From the IMG/VR virus record IMGVR_UViG_3300032223_001832, positions 1-64,000 of that record: 64,000 nucleotides of DNA. One strand, 5' to 3'. The number at the start of each line of letters is the position of its first letter. Positions within the stretch are counted from its first letter, which is position 1. The notes beneath the pieces are model-generated. The model ran no database searches and was not told the DNA's origin. It saw only the letters and a list, made by a program, of their open reading frames with translations. This document shows positions 49,067-58,222 of this stretch, in pieces. Source of the stretch: a virus. Both the position numbers and the translations under genes were made by a program.

Positions 49067-49297
49067 ATGTTAGACGTGTTGAACAAGCACTTGGTAGCAG
49101 CGCCAGCTCTATGCGTCGTTGGCCAGTGGACAAATACATTAACACAAGAAGAACAAGAAGCCTTCACCGCTTTACGCAACAACTCTAAAGTTATTGCTGC
49201 GTCTTTGTATAAAGATTTAAACGATGAAACAGAATTACCCTTTAAACTCACTGCTTTTCGTTCACACATGCGAGGATACTGCACATGTCAAAATTAA
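49067..49297 (+). CDS. Small Cys-containing hypothetical protein
   Basis: GAGGAG RBS; 'C.VG...H.RGYCTC'. Confidence 0.65.
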   Translation: MLDVLNKHLVAAPALCVVGQWTNTLTQEEQEAFTALRNNSKVIAASLYKDLNDETELPFKLTAFRSHMRGYCTCQN

Positions 49298-50487
49298 ATG
49301 CTTTAGGAAAAGCCCTTATTAATGCTGAATTAAATGGGGCAGAGGAGGATATAAAACGCACTAATACTCCTCCAGAGTATCGTGCACGTCTTGACCTTGG
49401 TACTGATGGTGGGTACTTTGTATCAACACCGCGTACCGCTGGTGACCTTCCAGATGCAGTAGAGCTATTTAAAGACTTTGATTTAGACCCAAATGTATGG
49501 ACCGTAGTAAGCGTTCGTAAAAGCCGTTGGCAGACCTTTAACGGTGATTGGTTAGAAGCAGCCCGTGTAAACGTAAAACCCGCAGATGTAGCAACAAACG
49601 TGAAAGACCTGGACTATGACCTACTTGTTAAAGAGATTAATTCCTTTAAGCCAAAGTCTGTACAACCTGTCGCGGGACCACTATATGCTGTCTACGCTAT
49701 CGGCGATACCCAATATGGAAAAGACGCGGGAGGCGGAACTGAGGAGACAATTCAACGAGTGCTCCGAGGCCTTGATGCAGCTGTCGCAAGACATAAAGAA
49801 TTACTTAAGCTCGGACGTCCTATTGGAACTGTCGTCCTCCCACAGCTTGGAGACTGCATTGAAGGAAGCACCAGCCAAAACGGAAAAGTCATTGGACGAA
49901 GCGACCTTGGAGTCACACAGCAAGTGCGAGTTGGACGACGTGTACTCATGGCATGGATTAAAGCATTTGCACCGTTGTGCGAAGAACTGATTATTCCTGT
50001 TGTGCCAGGAAACCATGATGAGCCTCACCGTATCATGATGGTTGACCCAACAGACTCATGGCAGATTGAAGTGGCGTCTGCTGTACAAGATGCGTGTGCA
50101 GAAAACCCAGCACTATCTCACGTTAAGTTTATGTATCCAAAGCCAGACCATGCCACACTTGCGGTGGAATTAGGCGGAACTATTCTTGGTTTTGCTCACG
50201 GTCATCAAGCTAAAGATATGGGTAAGTGGATTCAAGGACAAGCAACAGGTCGTACACCCGTTGGTTCAGCTGATGTTTTAATGACAGGTCACTTCCACCA
50301 TTTTCGCGCAGACCAAGTTGGCCCACGTTTATGGGTTCAAGTGCCTGCCATGGATGGAGGTAGTGCGTGGTTCCGTGACAAGAGCGGATTAGAGTCACCA
50401 ACAGGTATTGTTTCATTAGTCGTGGGAGACGGTTACGACCCACGTCGTGATTTAGCAGTTCTAGCAGGAGAAAACCGCCTACCATAA
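49285..50487 (+). CDS. Calcineurin-like metallophosphoesterase
   Basis: 'GDTQ', 'LGDCIEG', 'PGNHDE', 'AHGH', 'GHFHH'. Confidence 0.85.
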   Translation: MSKLNALGKALINAELNGAEEDIKRTNTPPEYRARLDLGTDGGYFVSTPRTAGDLPDAVELFKDFDLDPNVWTVVSVRKSRWQTFNGDWLEAARVNVKPADVATNVKDLDYDLLVKEINSFKPKSVQPVAGPLYAVYAIGDTQYGKDAGGGTEETIQRVLRGLDAAVARHKELLKLGRPIGTVVLPQLGDCIEGSTSQNGKVIGRSDLGVTQQVRVGRRVLMAWIKAFAPLCEELIIPVVPGNHDEPHRIMMVDPTDSWQIEVASAVQDACAENPALSHVKFMYPKPDHATLAVELGGTILGFAHGHQAKDMGKWIQGQATGRTPVGSADVLMTGHFHHFRADQVGPRLWVQVPAMDGGSAWFRDKSGLESPTGIVSLVVGDGYDPRRDLAVLAGENRLP

Positions 50488-50491
50488 GGGT

Positions 50492-51016
50492 ATGGCAACT
50501 CATCAAAACGTACAAAACCTGGGTGCAGGGGGTATGTATGGAACCAATACTGTTTACGGCGGTGGTGGTCAACCTGTTGCGCGTTCTGAACTCGATTTCC
50601 TTCGTTTAGGTGTAGGTCGTGCTCCACAAGCAGAATATCCAGATGGATACCTTGGAACTATTCGTACGCGCCGTGATGATAGAGGCCGCGATACTTCTGA
50701 CAAAGTATTAAACGCACTTAAAGTTCGTGTAGGTCAGCGTTCATATCAACGTGGTGTTCACCGCGGTGAGCGCATTGACGTACAAGATTATTACTATCCT
50801 GAAGGCCTTGACAATATGCGTGGTATTGCGCGTCAAATGAAAGCCAAAAAAGATGGAAACGTTTACCTCGTTAAACGCAATGTTGAGGACGCCATGGCTA
50901 TGCCCGCCCCTCATCTTCCTAACGATGGTAAAGCTAATATGAGAAGTACATCCCCAATGTCACTTGATAAACGACGCACAGACCAAATGGCTCGCATGCG
51001 TCCAGCTTGGAAATAA
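50492..51016 (+). CDS. Hypothetical protein
   Basis: 174 aa; apparently leaderless (TACCAT 6 nt upstream). Confidence 0.7.
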   Translation: MATHQNVQNLGAGGMYGTNTVYGGGGQPVARSELDFLRLGVGRAPQAEYPDGYLGTIRTRRDDRGRDTSDKVLNALKVRVGQRSYQRGVHRGERIDVQDYYYPEGLDNMRGIARQMKAKKDGNVYLVKRNVEDAMAMPAPHLPNDGKANMRSTSPMSLDKRRTDQMARMRPAWK

Positions 51017-51017
51017 T

Positions 51018-51173
51018 ATGCCAAACTTAGAAGACGACCCAAAAGCTATCCCTGCCGCACCTCGTCAAGAGGTTTTTCATGGAACGCTTGCTGATATTAA
51101 AGCAACGCCTAAACCAAATGCAGATGGACCTGATTCACGTTTAGAAGACCTTAACCGTAAGACTTTCTTTTAA
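51018..51173 (+). CDS. Small hypothetical protein
   Basis: Fills the gap between neighbours. Confidence 0.55.
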   Translation: MPNLEDDPKAIPAAPRQEVFHGTLADIKATPKPNADGPDSRLEDLNRKTFF

Positions 51174-51181
51174 GGAGACCC

Positions 51182-51598
51182 ATGGGATTCATTAGAGCAG
51201 GTATCAACGTAGCTAAAACCGCTGCAAAAGGCGGAACCCCAGAGGATATGGTCAAGGCTGGGGTAAAAGGCTTGGTCCCACGCCGTATGGGTAAGCTAGT
51301 AGACAAAGTTAATATCCCAGCAGGTACTGTGGATAATTCTGTTGCTAAAATAAAAAATACTATTTCAGACGTTAAAGCTGGATATGCTAGAGGCGCGCAA
51401 AATATTAATCATGTAGTAGACAATGGACGAGCTGGCACATTCCACCAAAGCACAGGTAGCATGCCACCCCCACCACGCACAACTGGTGGTCCGTCTACTT
51501 CAGCATTTGATGATTGGAACAACTCAGGTAAAAGCGGTTATACCCCGCCGCCTCCACCACCAGGTTCAGGTGGAAAGATTCCTGGATGGGATGACTAG
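51182..51598 (+). CDS. Pro/Gly-rich hypothetical protein
   Basis: AAGGAG RBS; poly-Pro tracts. Confidence 0.65.
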   Translation: MGFIRAGINVAKTAAKGGTPEDMVKAGVKGLVPRRMGKLVDKVNIPAGTVDNSVAKIKNTISDVKAGYARGAQNINHVVDNGRAGTFHQSTGSMPPPPRTTGGPSTSAFDDWNNSGKSGYTPPPPPPGSGGKIPGWDD

Positions 51599-51960
51599 TG
51601 GCAGGTAAATTTGCAGATGGTGTCTATAACCATCGCCCCTGGACAGCGCCAACAGAAGCTGCTTATCCCCCACAGCAGTATATTGGACCTTTTCAGTCTA
51701 ACGCTGAACGGTTAACTAGCCAGGCGCTTGCTGCATGGTCTATGAGTGGCGCGGAGATTCAAGAGTATGTTCGCCCACCACTGCCTCAGATTAAACTATT
51801 TCCTGAGCGGTTTGGTTACACTGAGCATGAAATTGGTATTGAAGATTTGGTAAACTTGCCACGTAACGTAGCAACTACCCAGCGTGTAGAGTCTGACTTT
51901 AGCCAGACCCCAAATAGCGCACAGTCCACAAGCCGCAACACGTTAGGAGAAAGTATCTAA
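51598..51960 (+). CDS. Hypothetical protein
   Basis: TAGTG-coupled. Confidence 0.65.
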   Translation: MAGKFADGVYNHRPWTAPTEAAYPPQQYIGPFQSNAERLTSQALAAWSMSGAEIQEYVRPPLPQIKLFPERFGYTEHEIGIEDLVNLPRNVATTQRVESDFSQTPNSAQSTSRNTLGESI

Positions 51961-52160
51961 TGCCTCGCAACAATAACGATTTTAATTCAGGACAATCAGG
52001 AGAAGCTGACAACGCCTCACCTGTCGCGTCCCCGAAATCTGGAAGTCTTCATAAAGGTCGCTCAGGTTACTATGAAGAGCACCATTCAAGCACCCGTTAT
52101 ATCGGCGGTTGCAGGAACTGTATGCGTGAAGAAAAATCAGGAAAGCACCCACTAGCATGA
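51960..52160 (+). CDS. Small hypothetical protein
   Basis: Coupled; H...CxxC. Confidence 0.55.
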   Translation: MPRNNNDFNSGQSGEADNASPVASPKSGSLHKGRSGYYEEHHSSTRYIGGCRNCMREEKSGKHPLA

Positions 52161-52390
52161 AGAACGACCCAGGTTTATTTACAGATTCAACTGGCGAAGG
52201 TATGGCAGGAGCTGAAGACGTTAGCCTTGAGACCCAAAAAGACCTTAATCGCACCCAATATAATGGTGATAATGCCTGTACCAAGTGCGGAAATGCCATT
52301 GACCCAGTACAATCATTACTGAACCAAAAGGTATGCCCTTCTTGCGTTCGCAAGTCTCAATACACACGAGTGAAAGGCCGAATGGCATGA
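52157..52390 (+). CDS. Small zinc-finger protein
   Basis: CTKC...CPSC. Confidence 0.6.
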   Translation: MKNDPGLFTDSTGEGMAGAEDVSLETQKDLNRTQYNGDNACTKCGNAIDPVQSLLNQKVCPSCVRKSQYTRVKGRMA

Positions 52391-52596
52391 CCGTAAATAA
52401 TTCACGTTCTGAGAACGCTGGACTACAAGATGGCGCAACTGACGGTAAGTACCGCAAGCGTCGTCCTAACACAGTAGTTGCACCAGGAATGGGTGATGAG
52501 CTTGTTGTCAAGAACCGCTCAGACCTACATCCTTACATGAACTATGGTTTTATTAATTCTGAAGAGCCGTCAAAAGTAAACCCAGCAGGTAATTAA
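52387..52596 (+). CDS. Small hypothetical protein
   Basis: ATGA-coupled. Confidence 0.6.
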   Translation: MTVNNSRSENAGLQDGATDGKYRKRRPNTVVAPGMGDELVVKNRSDLHPYMNYGFINSEEPSKVNPAGN

Positions 52597-52597
52597 C

Positions 52598-53056
52598 ATG
52601 GCGTGGGGTAAGGTATTTGACAGTGTTCAGGACAGGGCAAGTTTGCCTCAACGTCGTCCTTTAGCAGAAGCAAAAAACAAAGAAGATTTGCCTTCTATGT
52701 TAAAAGGCTTTAGAACTAAAGAGATTGACAACACTGTAGGTAATCTTACCGATTTAGCTACAAGTGGAGCTTACAAAAAAGGTAAGTGGAACAATAATGT
52801 TCGTACTATTCAACGCCATGATGAAGAAGGTTATGGTCGTGGTTCAGGCATATTGCCTAATTACGATAGCAAACAGTTTAACCAACTAAGCACAGAATTA
52901 ACTGACGCAACAGCTTCAGGAAAGATTGCACGTCATAACGCAGGTGTTCGTTCACGTCAAGGAACTGACTTTGACCGTGCTACAGGTGAGCATTATGCGC
53001 CATCTAATACACCAGTTATTAAAATAGATTCCAGCAAACCAGGCGGACGCGCATGA
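52598..53056 (+). CDS. Hypothetical protein with SV.DRA..P.R tag
   Basis: N-terminal SVQDRASLPQR. Confidence 0.65.
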   Translation: MAWGKVFDSVQDRASLPQRRPLAEAKNKEDLPSMLKGFRTKEIDNTVGNLTDLATSGAYKKGKWNNNVRTIQRHDEEGYGRGSGILPNYDSKQFNQLSTELTDATASGKIARHNAGVRSRQGTDFDRATGEHYAPSNTPVIKIDSSKPGGRA

Positions 53057-53265
53057 ACGTTCGTCGCAGAGAAAAAGATGAAACACGCGTTTTTAAAAAA
53101 ATGGGTGAAGCCATTGGTTGGGGTCGTGACGAAGGTGTCGCATACAGCAAGCATAATGACGATAGAATAGATTCAGGTAAAGGTGGCGTAGACTACCTTC
53201 AAGCTTTCACACCAGGCCAAGGAATGAACGACGGAAACGTAATCCTTAAGAAGGGTAAGAACTAA
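53053..53265 (+). CDS. Small hypothetical protein
   Basis: Coupled on both sides. Confidence 0.6.
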   Translation: MNVRRREKDETRVFKKMGEAIGWGRDEGVAYSKHNDDRIDSGKGGVDYLQAFTPGQGMNDGNVILKKGKN

Positions 53266-53528
53266 TGGCATCAGTACCAGATAGAGCAAAGAACCCAGCT
53301 CGCGTACATAACCCAGGTACCGAAGGTATCTTGTGGCAAAAGGAAGCTATGCACAAAGTGCATGACCCTCGCGAAGGTGTTCTTTGGGACAAAAGCCATC
53401 AAACTAAAGAAGAAATTGATGAGCGCGATTCAAAGATGCTATCTAAGTATGGCCAAGACGCAATTGATTCTAATAAAGAACACGAAGCTCGCCACGCTGC
53501 TGAGAAAGCAGAGTTTGAAGGTAAGTAA
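53265..53528 (+). CDS. Hypothetical protein with SV.DRA..P.R tag
   Basis: N-terminal SVPDRAKNPAR; internal repeat VH(N/D)P..EG(I/V)LW. Confidence 0.65.
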   Translation: MASVPDRAKNPARVHNPGTEGILWQKEAMHKVHDPREGVLWDKSHQTKEEIDERDSKMLSKYGQDAIDSNKEHEARHAAEKAEFEGK

Positions 53529-53989
53529 TGGGACGCCCAAAAAGAGGTACTAGCTCACCAGAAGGCGTAAAGCTGCCTAGCGGTAAAAAGTTATTTGACT
53601 CAGGTGAAGGTCGTTTTGTAGGTGCTGGCAAAGACCGCGACGGCAATATTTATTTTGACCGTGATAACACTCCTGAAGTACCTCACGGTAAAAAGATTAA
53701 GTTTAACCGTGAAAACGCTGCTCACGTAAAAACACTTAAAGAGAACAAAAACACAATGTTGCACGCTGGCGGTTACTTTTCGTTACCTAAGGGTCAAAAG
53801 CTAAGTTCTTTAAAACCACCTAAGGTTAAGCACATGCCTGCTGATAAGCCTGTAGAAGCACCTGCTCCAACGGCACCTGTGTCGCAAACACCAGCTGCTA
53901 AGCCTATTGAACCCCCTCGCCAAGTACAAAGAGTTCCTCTTGGACACATGAGCGCAGAACAGATTCGGCGACGTAATAACGGCTTGTAA
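53528..53989 (+). CDS. Basic Pro-rich hypothetical protein
   Basis: TAATG-coupled. Confidence 0.6.
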   Translation: MGRPKRGTSSPEGVKLPSGKKLFDSGEGRFVGAGKDRDGNIYFDRDNTPEVPHGKKIKFNRENAAHVKTLKENKNTMLHAGGYFSLPKGQKLSSLKPPKVKHMPADKPVEAPAPTAPVSQTPAAKPIEPPRQVQRVPLGHMSAEQIRRRNNGL

Positions 53990-54007
53990 TATGGTAGGCT
54001 TCTACCT

Positions 54008-54562
54008 ATGTCAGACGCCTCACTTGAGAATGAGTACATTCTCCTTCTAGTATGCAAAACCTGTAAAACCATTGAGGAAGTTCCTTATGCTAAAACAGGC
54101 AAGTACCTAGGGGACGGAAAGTACGACCAAACAGATAATCCTTTTCTAAAGGAAGCTGCCGCTCCACACGAACGCGGTGGGCATTTTGGTGTGCTAACCG
54201 ATATTAATTTTGTGTACTGGATGACACCTAAAGTAAAGACCAGCATCATTGCTCAGATTAAAAAGCAATTTACTGGGGACAGCCCACTAACTGTAGGACT
54301 TGACGCTTTGGGCACAGGGTTCTATGATTTAAAGGACACCTATTCAGCTGACGCCATGAGTTGCTGGAAGGTCCACAACACGCCAAAAGGGCAGTGTTCG
54401 GACTACAAGACTGACCGAAAGCTTCTTAACGCAGGTACCGATAAGGAACGTGCCGCAGAAGGTTTAGGAAAGTCGACAATTAGAGTTCACTTGTGCGATT
54501 TCTGCCCTGTGAAAATGTACAACCAACAGAAAGCCTATCAGGCGAGAGGACTATACGAATGA
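54008..54562 (+). CDS. Cys-rich hypothetical protein
   Basis: CKTC, C..H....C, LCDFCPV; apparently leaderless. Confidence 0.7.
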   Translation: MSDASLENEYILLLVCKTCKTIEEVPYAKTGKYLGDGKYDQTDNPFLKEAAAPHERGGHFGVLTDINFVYWMTPKVKTSIIAQIKKQFTGDSPLTVGLDALGTGFYDLKDTYSADAMSCWKVHNTPKGQCSDYKTDRKLLNAGTDKERAAEGLGKSTIRVHLCDFCPVKMYNQQKAYQARGLYE

Positions 54563-54843
54563 GCGAAGCAAAAGAAGCCGTTACAGCTTTTATTATTGTT
54601 AAAGATGATAAAGGTTTTTACACAGCTATCACTGACCTTGCAACAGAAATTAATATTGAAGATGTTGCTACCTTGCAGGATATTAAGACCGCTTGTACTG
54701 AAATTTTAGATTCTATTAACCAGCAGACAATTGCTGCGTCTGTAGTTTCTCAGCTTATTCAGCTAAACCGCCCTGCACAGAGCGAAGAAGCCGTAGAAGA
54801 AGCCACTGTAGTTACAGATGAGGCCACAGAAACCGCAGAGTAA
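54559..54843 (+). CDS. Acidic hypothetical protein
   Basis: GAGGA RBS; ATGA overlap. Confidence 0.6.
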   Translation: MSEAKEAVTAFIIVKDDKGFYTAITDLATEINIEDVATLQDIKTACTEILDSINQQTIAASVVSQLIQLNRPAQSEEAVEEATVVTDEATETAE

Positions 54844-54859
54844 CCATTTATCGTCCTTT

Positions 54860-54892
54860 ATACCCCCTTTTGGCCAAAAGCCTAGGGGGTAT
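54860..54892. terminator. Hairpin/inverted repeat
   Basis: ATACCCCCT...AGGGGGTAT enclosing the palindrome CTTTTGGCCAAAAG. Confidence 0.45.
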
Positions 54893-54957
54893 TAAGCTTT
54901 TCAGGGGCAGTATCGCACGGGTATACTGTATGTACAGCCTAACGCAAGGAAGCCACC

Positions 54958-55164
54958 ATGTTTATCGAAATGTCTTGCCAATGCAGCGCTTCGTTTCAAG
55001 CAGATTCAGACGAGAGCGAAACACTAGTAATGGTGTGGGCTCATTCATTTGTTAATGCTCATAAAGAATGCGGCTACATGACAAAGCCATCTGTCCATGA
55101 GATGGAAGAAAAGATGAAGCGTTACGACACTATCTACAAGGAAGAACGAGAAAAAGAACTATAA
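54958..55164 (+). CDS. Small hypothetical protein
   Basis: AAGGA RBS; CxC...H..C. Confidence 0.6.
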   Translation: MFIEMSCQCSASFQADSDESETLVMVWAHSFVNAHKECGYMTKPSVHEMEEKMKRYDTIYKEEREKEL

Positions 55165-55171
55165 TAGGCAA

Positions 55172-56101
55172 ATGGATTTCTACGCAGCACTAGTCGCGCA
55201 AGCAGAACCAGTGTCAGTAGAGCCAGCTGAGACTTCTTACTTCAGCACTCCAGGAGCTGGGTTAGACCCCCGCCTTGTTCGTAACGGAAAAATAGTACCT
55301 ACAGTACGTTCGGCAATTATACGTGTTTTATTTGAACACTTGAAAAATCATTACTATAACCCTGAGGCATACCTTCACGTTTGGCTTGCAGGCTCAGCCA
55401 TTTCCTATCAGTGGACTTCAGCTCGTACGCCAGCTGACCTAGACTGCCTAGTCGGCGTTAATTATTTATTATTTAGACAATCTAATCCTAAGTACAAAGC
55501 GCTTAGCGATAAACAAATATCTGACATGTTCAATGAAGATTTCAGAGAGTCGTTGCACCCAAAAACTAATAACTTCTTAGATGCGTTTGAGCTTACCTTC
55601 TATGTAAATGTTGCGCCAGACATTAAAGCAATCAAACCATACGCAGCTTATTCATTGACAAACGATGACTGGGTAGTAATGCCTGAGATTAAAAGCGCAC
55701 CTACTAATAAAGCATGGGAACAGCGTGTGCTACGCGATAAGTCCATGACAGAAGATATTTTAGAACGTTACACTGTAGCTTTAACAGCAATCAGCAGCTC
55801 AACTACAGATACAGCTAGAAAGAATGCTGAAGCTGCATTGAAGCTAGCAGTAGAGCAGGGCGCTGCTTTATTTGAAGATATACACAGCGGTCGCAAAGCA
55901 GCATTTAGCCCAGCTGGTCAAGGATATTCCGACGCAAACAATTATCGTTGGCAAGCTGGAAAAGCTGCTGGTACAGTTCAGGCCCTCAAGAAGTTAAAAG
56001 ATATTAACTCTAGAGGTCGTAAGTCATTTGAAGAATCAACTTACGGAATGGCATTACCAGACGCAAGTACACTGATTAGACGTGCACTAAGCGGGCACTA
56101 A
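55172..56101 (+). CDS. Pol-beta-superfamily nucleotidyltransferase
   Basis: 'WLAGSAISYQW...ADLDCLV' (hGS...DxD) plus a later acidic residue in 'ELTFYV'. Confidence 0.7.
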   Translation: MDFYAALVAQAEPVSVEPAETSYFSTPGAGLDPRLVRNGKIVPTVRSAIIRVLFEHLKNHYYNPEAYLHVWLAGSAISYQWTSARTPADLDCLVGVNYLLFRQSNPKYKALSDKQISDMFNEDFRESLHPKTNNFLDAFELTFYVNVAPDIKAIKPYAAYSLTNDDWVVMPEIKSAPTNKAWEQRVLRDKSMTEDILERYTVALTAISSSTTDTARKNAEAALKLAVEQGAALFEDIHSGRKAAFSPAGQGYSDANNYRWQAGKAAGTVQALKKLKDINSRGRKSFEESTYGMALPDASTLIRRALSGH

Positions 56102-56187
56102 TGTGTAAAGAGTGCGGAGACTGCGCCCGAGAGCATATTCATGACCCGTTAGCAGGGGTAGACGAGGCAGAACAGAGTATTATTTAA
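56101..56187 (+). CDS. 28-aa Cys/His peptide
   Basis: MCKECGDCAREHIH...; TAATG-coupled. Confidence 0.4.
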   Translation: MCKECGDCAREHIHDPLAGVDEAEQSII

Positions 56188-56215
56188 TACCCCAAAGTAG
56201 TTGGAGAAATATATC

Positions 56216-56683
56216 GTGGCAATTTTAATGTTTGTCGATGGCGTTCTTAGAAGCCAGACAGGTTCACCCATCTATCAGGGTTTAGCGATTTATCGACTTT
56301 TAACAGAAGATAACCGTGTTCTACTTATCTGCGAAGATAAAAAGAAAGACGACGTGTGGCTACGCTCCCATAAAATTAATAAGATTGATGATTTAATTGG
56401 TAGAGACATCCCTGCCATTACAGACGAGTTTCCAGAATGGCGGCAAGTTGAATACTGCCGCGGACAAGGTAGTATAGATTTTGTGGTAACGTCCAACCCT
56501 GTATTAGCCAAAAAGCTTTTGGAGGTTGGAATCACTACTATGGTATTCATGCAGCCCACTTACATTACTGAGGGTTTCAGACCAGACAGCAAAGAAGGCC
56601 GCAAGACTTGGGATGACATTGTTGAGGAGATTACCTATCAACAAGAGCATTTCATTGAAGACCCAAGAATCAAACCAAAGTAG
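56216..56683 (+). CDS. HAD-fold protein (first motif-I Asp absent)
   Basis: 'ILMFVDGVL', 'VWLRSH', 'LLEVGITT'. Confidence 0.6.
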   Translation: MAILMFVDGVLRSQTGSPIYQGLAIYRLLTEDNRVLLICEDKKKDDVWLRSHKINKIDDLIGRDIPAITDEFPEWRQVEYCRGQGSIDFVVTSNPVLAKKLLEVGITTMVFMQPTYITEGFRPDSKEGRKTWDDIVEEITYQQEHFIEDPRIKPK

Positions 56684-56688
56684 CAGCT

Positions 56689-58146
56689 ATGCAGCTTATC
56701 TACCTGGGGGCAGAAGTCCCTTCAAATCGTACTTTATTAGAAACTACCTCAGCTACCCATGTTGGCGTGAGCTTTTGGCGTTTGCAAAAACGAGGATTAC
56801 CTGCTAAGGGTTATTTATTAAAAAACTACTTTAACAAGGACTTCCAAATTCATGTGCATCCTGGTATCCCCAAAGATACCCAGCTTGACAGGGTTGAGCT
56901 GGAGGTATTTGCAGCTGAGTACGAAGAGTTTATTGCCCACAACATAGACCGACTCTATACTTTCAATGAAATTAACGCTGACTGGATTGACCAGTCGTTT
57001 GTTGAAGAGCAGCGCCGCACTGTCTGGGCCGAGGTTCCTCCAGCTAAGTTCCAACCTATCTGGAGCCCAGCCACAGGTCTTGCCGCCCTTAATTTATTAG
57101 TAGATGAGTATTTAGATATAGCATTGCCTGGGGATGCCCTGGAGACCGAAACCCAGCTCGCTACGGTTACCAGAACCCACGCTCGATTGAACGGTACTCG
57201 CTACCATGTGCTAGGCTCAGCGCGTCCTGACAACCTACGCCAAGTCGCTGTAGAAACCGCTAGCACCCAGTCATGGCTTAGCCCAATGATAAACGGCGAA
57301 ACGATTGTCTGGGACGGTACAAAGTTGAACCGTTACCCAAAGCGCATGAAGGAACAAGCTAGAGCCAGATACAGAAATGTGTACTTGAAGGCGGGCTTGG
57401 ATGTAGATAAGATTATGGAAGACGACGCTCAAGAGGTATGTCGTCTTGCTGTTTGGTCGTACCAACAATTTGAATCGAGGGTGAATGGCGTGACTAATAA
57501 CGAGTTCTTATATGATAATAACGATGAATTGGTACTCGGAGAAAACGCGGAAAACACCCCTTCCCATATTGATAATAAGGGTGTTCAGACACGGAAACTT
57601 TTGCCTCGTGAAGAGCATGAAATGGGTAACTTACCAGTCTTTGGATACGACGTTTCTACCGTCGTTGAGGACGATGGAACCATCAAAGATGTACAGACAG
57701 TTCAGTCTCAAAGTACCTCACTTAGGTCATGTGACACCTGCTTCGTAGCCTCTAACTGCCCTGCTTTTAAACCTCAAAGTGTGTGCGCTTTTAAGTTGCC
57801 TATTGAGATTAAGACCAAAGACCAGTTAAAGGCACTCATCAATTCTGTTATCGAAATGCAGGGACAACGGGTCGCTTTTATGCGTTTTGCTGAAGAAATG
57901 AGCGGTGGATACGCAGACCCTAACGTTTCACAAGAGATTGACAGGTTATTTAAGTTAATAAAAACTACTAAAGAGTTGGACGACTCACGTGAGTTTATTC
58001 GCATGACGGTAGAGCGACAAGGCTCGGCTGGAGTGCTATCCTCTATCTTTGGCGATAAGGCTCAGGCCTTAAAAGAGTTGCCTGATGGGGGTTTAAATGA
58101 AGAACAAACCACCCAAATTATTCGCCAATCTTTAGAAGATAAGTAA
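56689..58146 (+). CDS. TGT/DpdA-like TIM-barrel protein with C-terminal Cys4 domain
   Basis: 'IYLG', 'GVSFW', 'YHVLG....L....TASTQSW....GET.VWDG' resemble phage TGT-like barrels; 'CDTCFVASNCPAF....C'. Confidence 0.5.
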   Translation: MQLIYLGAEVPSNRTLLETTSATHVGVSFWRLQKRGLPAKGYLLKNYFNKDFQIHVHPGIPKDTQLDRVELEVFAAEYEEFIAHNIDRLYTFNEINADWIDQSFVEEQRRTVWAEVPPAKFQPIWSPATGLAALNLLVDEYLDIALPGDALETETQLATVTRTHARLNGTRYHVLGSARPDNLRQVAVETASTQSWLSPMINGETIVWDGTKLNRYPKRMKEQARARYRNVYLKAGLDVDKIMEDDAQEVCRLAVWSYQQFESRVNGVTNNEFLYDNNDELVLGENAENTPSHIDNKGVQTRKLLPREEHEMGNLPVFGYDVSTVVEDDGTIKDVQTVQSQSTSLRSCDTCFVASNCPAFKPQSVCAFKLPIEIKTKDQLKALINSVIEMQGQRVAFMRFAEEMSGGYADPNVSQEIDRLFKLIKTTKELDDSREFIRMTVERQGSAGVLSSIFGDKAQALKELPDGGLNEEQTTQIIRQSLEDK

Positions 58147-58222
58147 TTCTTCTTATCATATAACAGACCCTAACAAGGGGTTGAAATAGCGTTACCCAGA
58201 AACTACAAAGAAACGAGGAGAT

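Noticed and set aside
58147-58222. Cobalamin riboswitch or NrdR box before nrdJ
   Set aside because: The gap is only about 75 nt and has no recognisable B12-box or NrdR palindrome.
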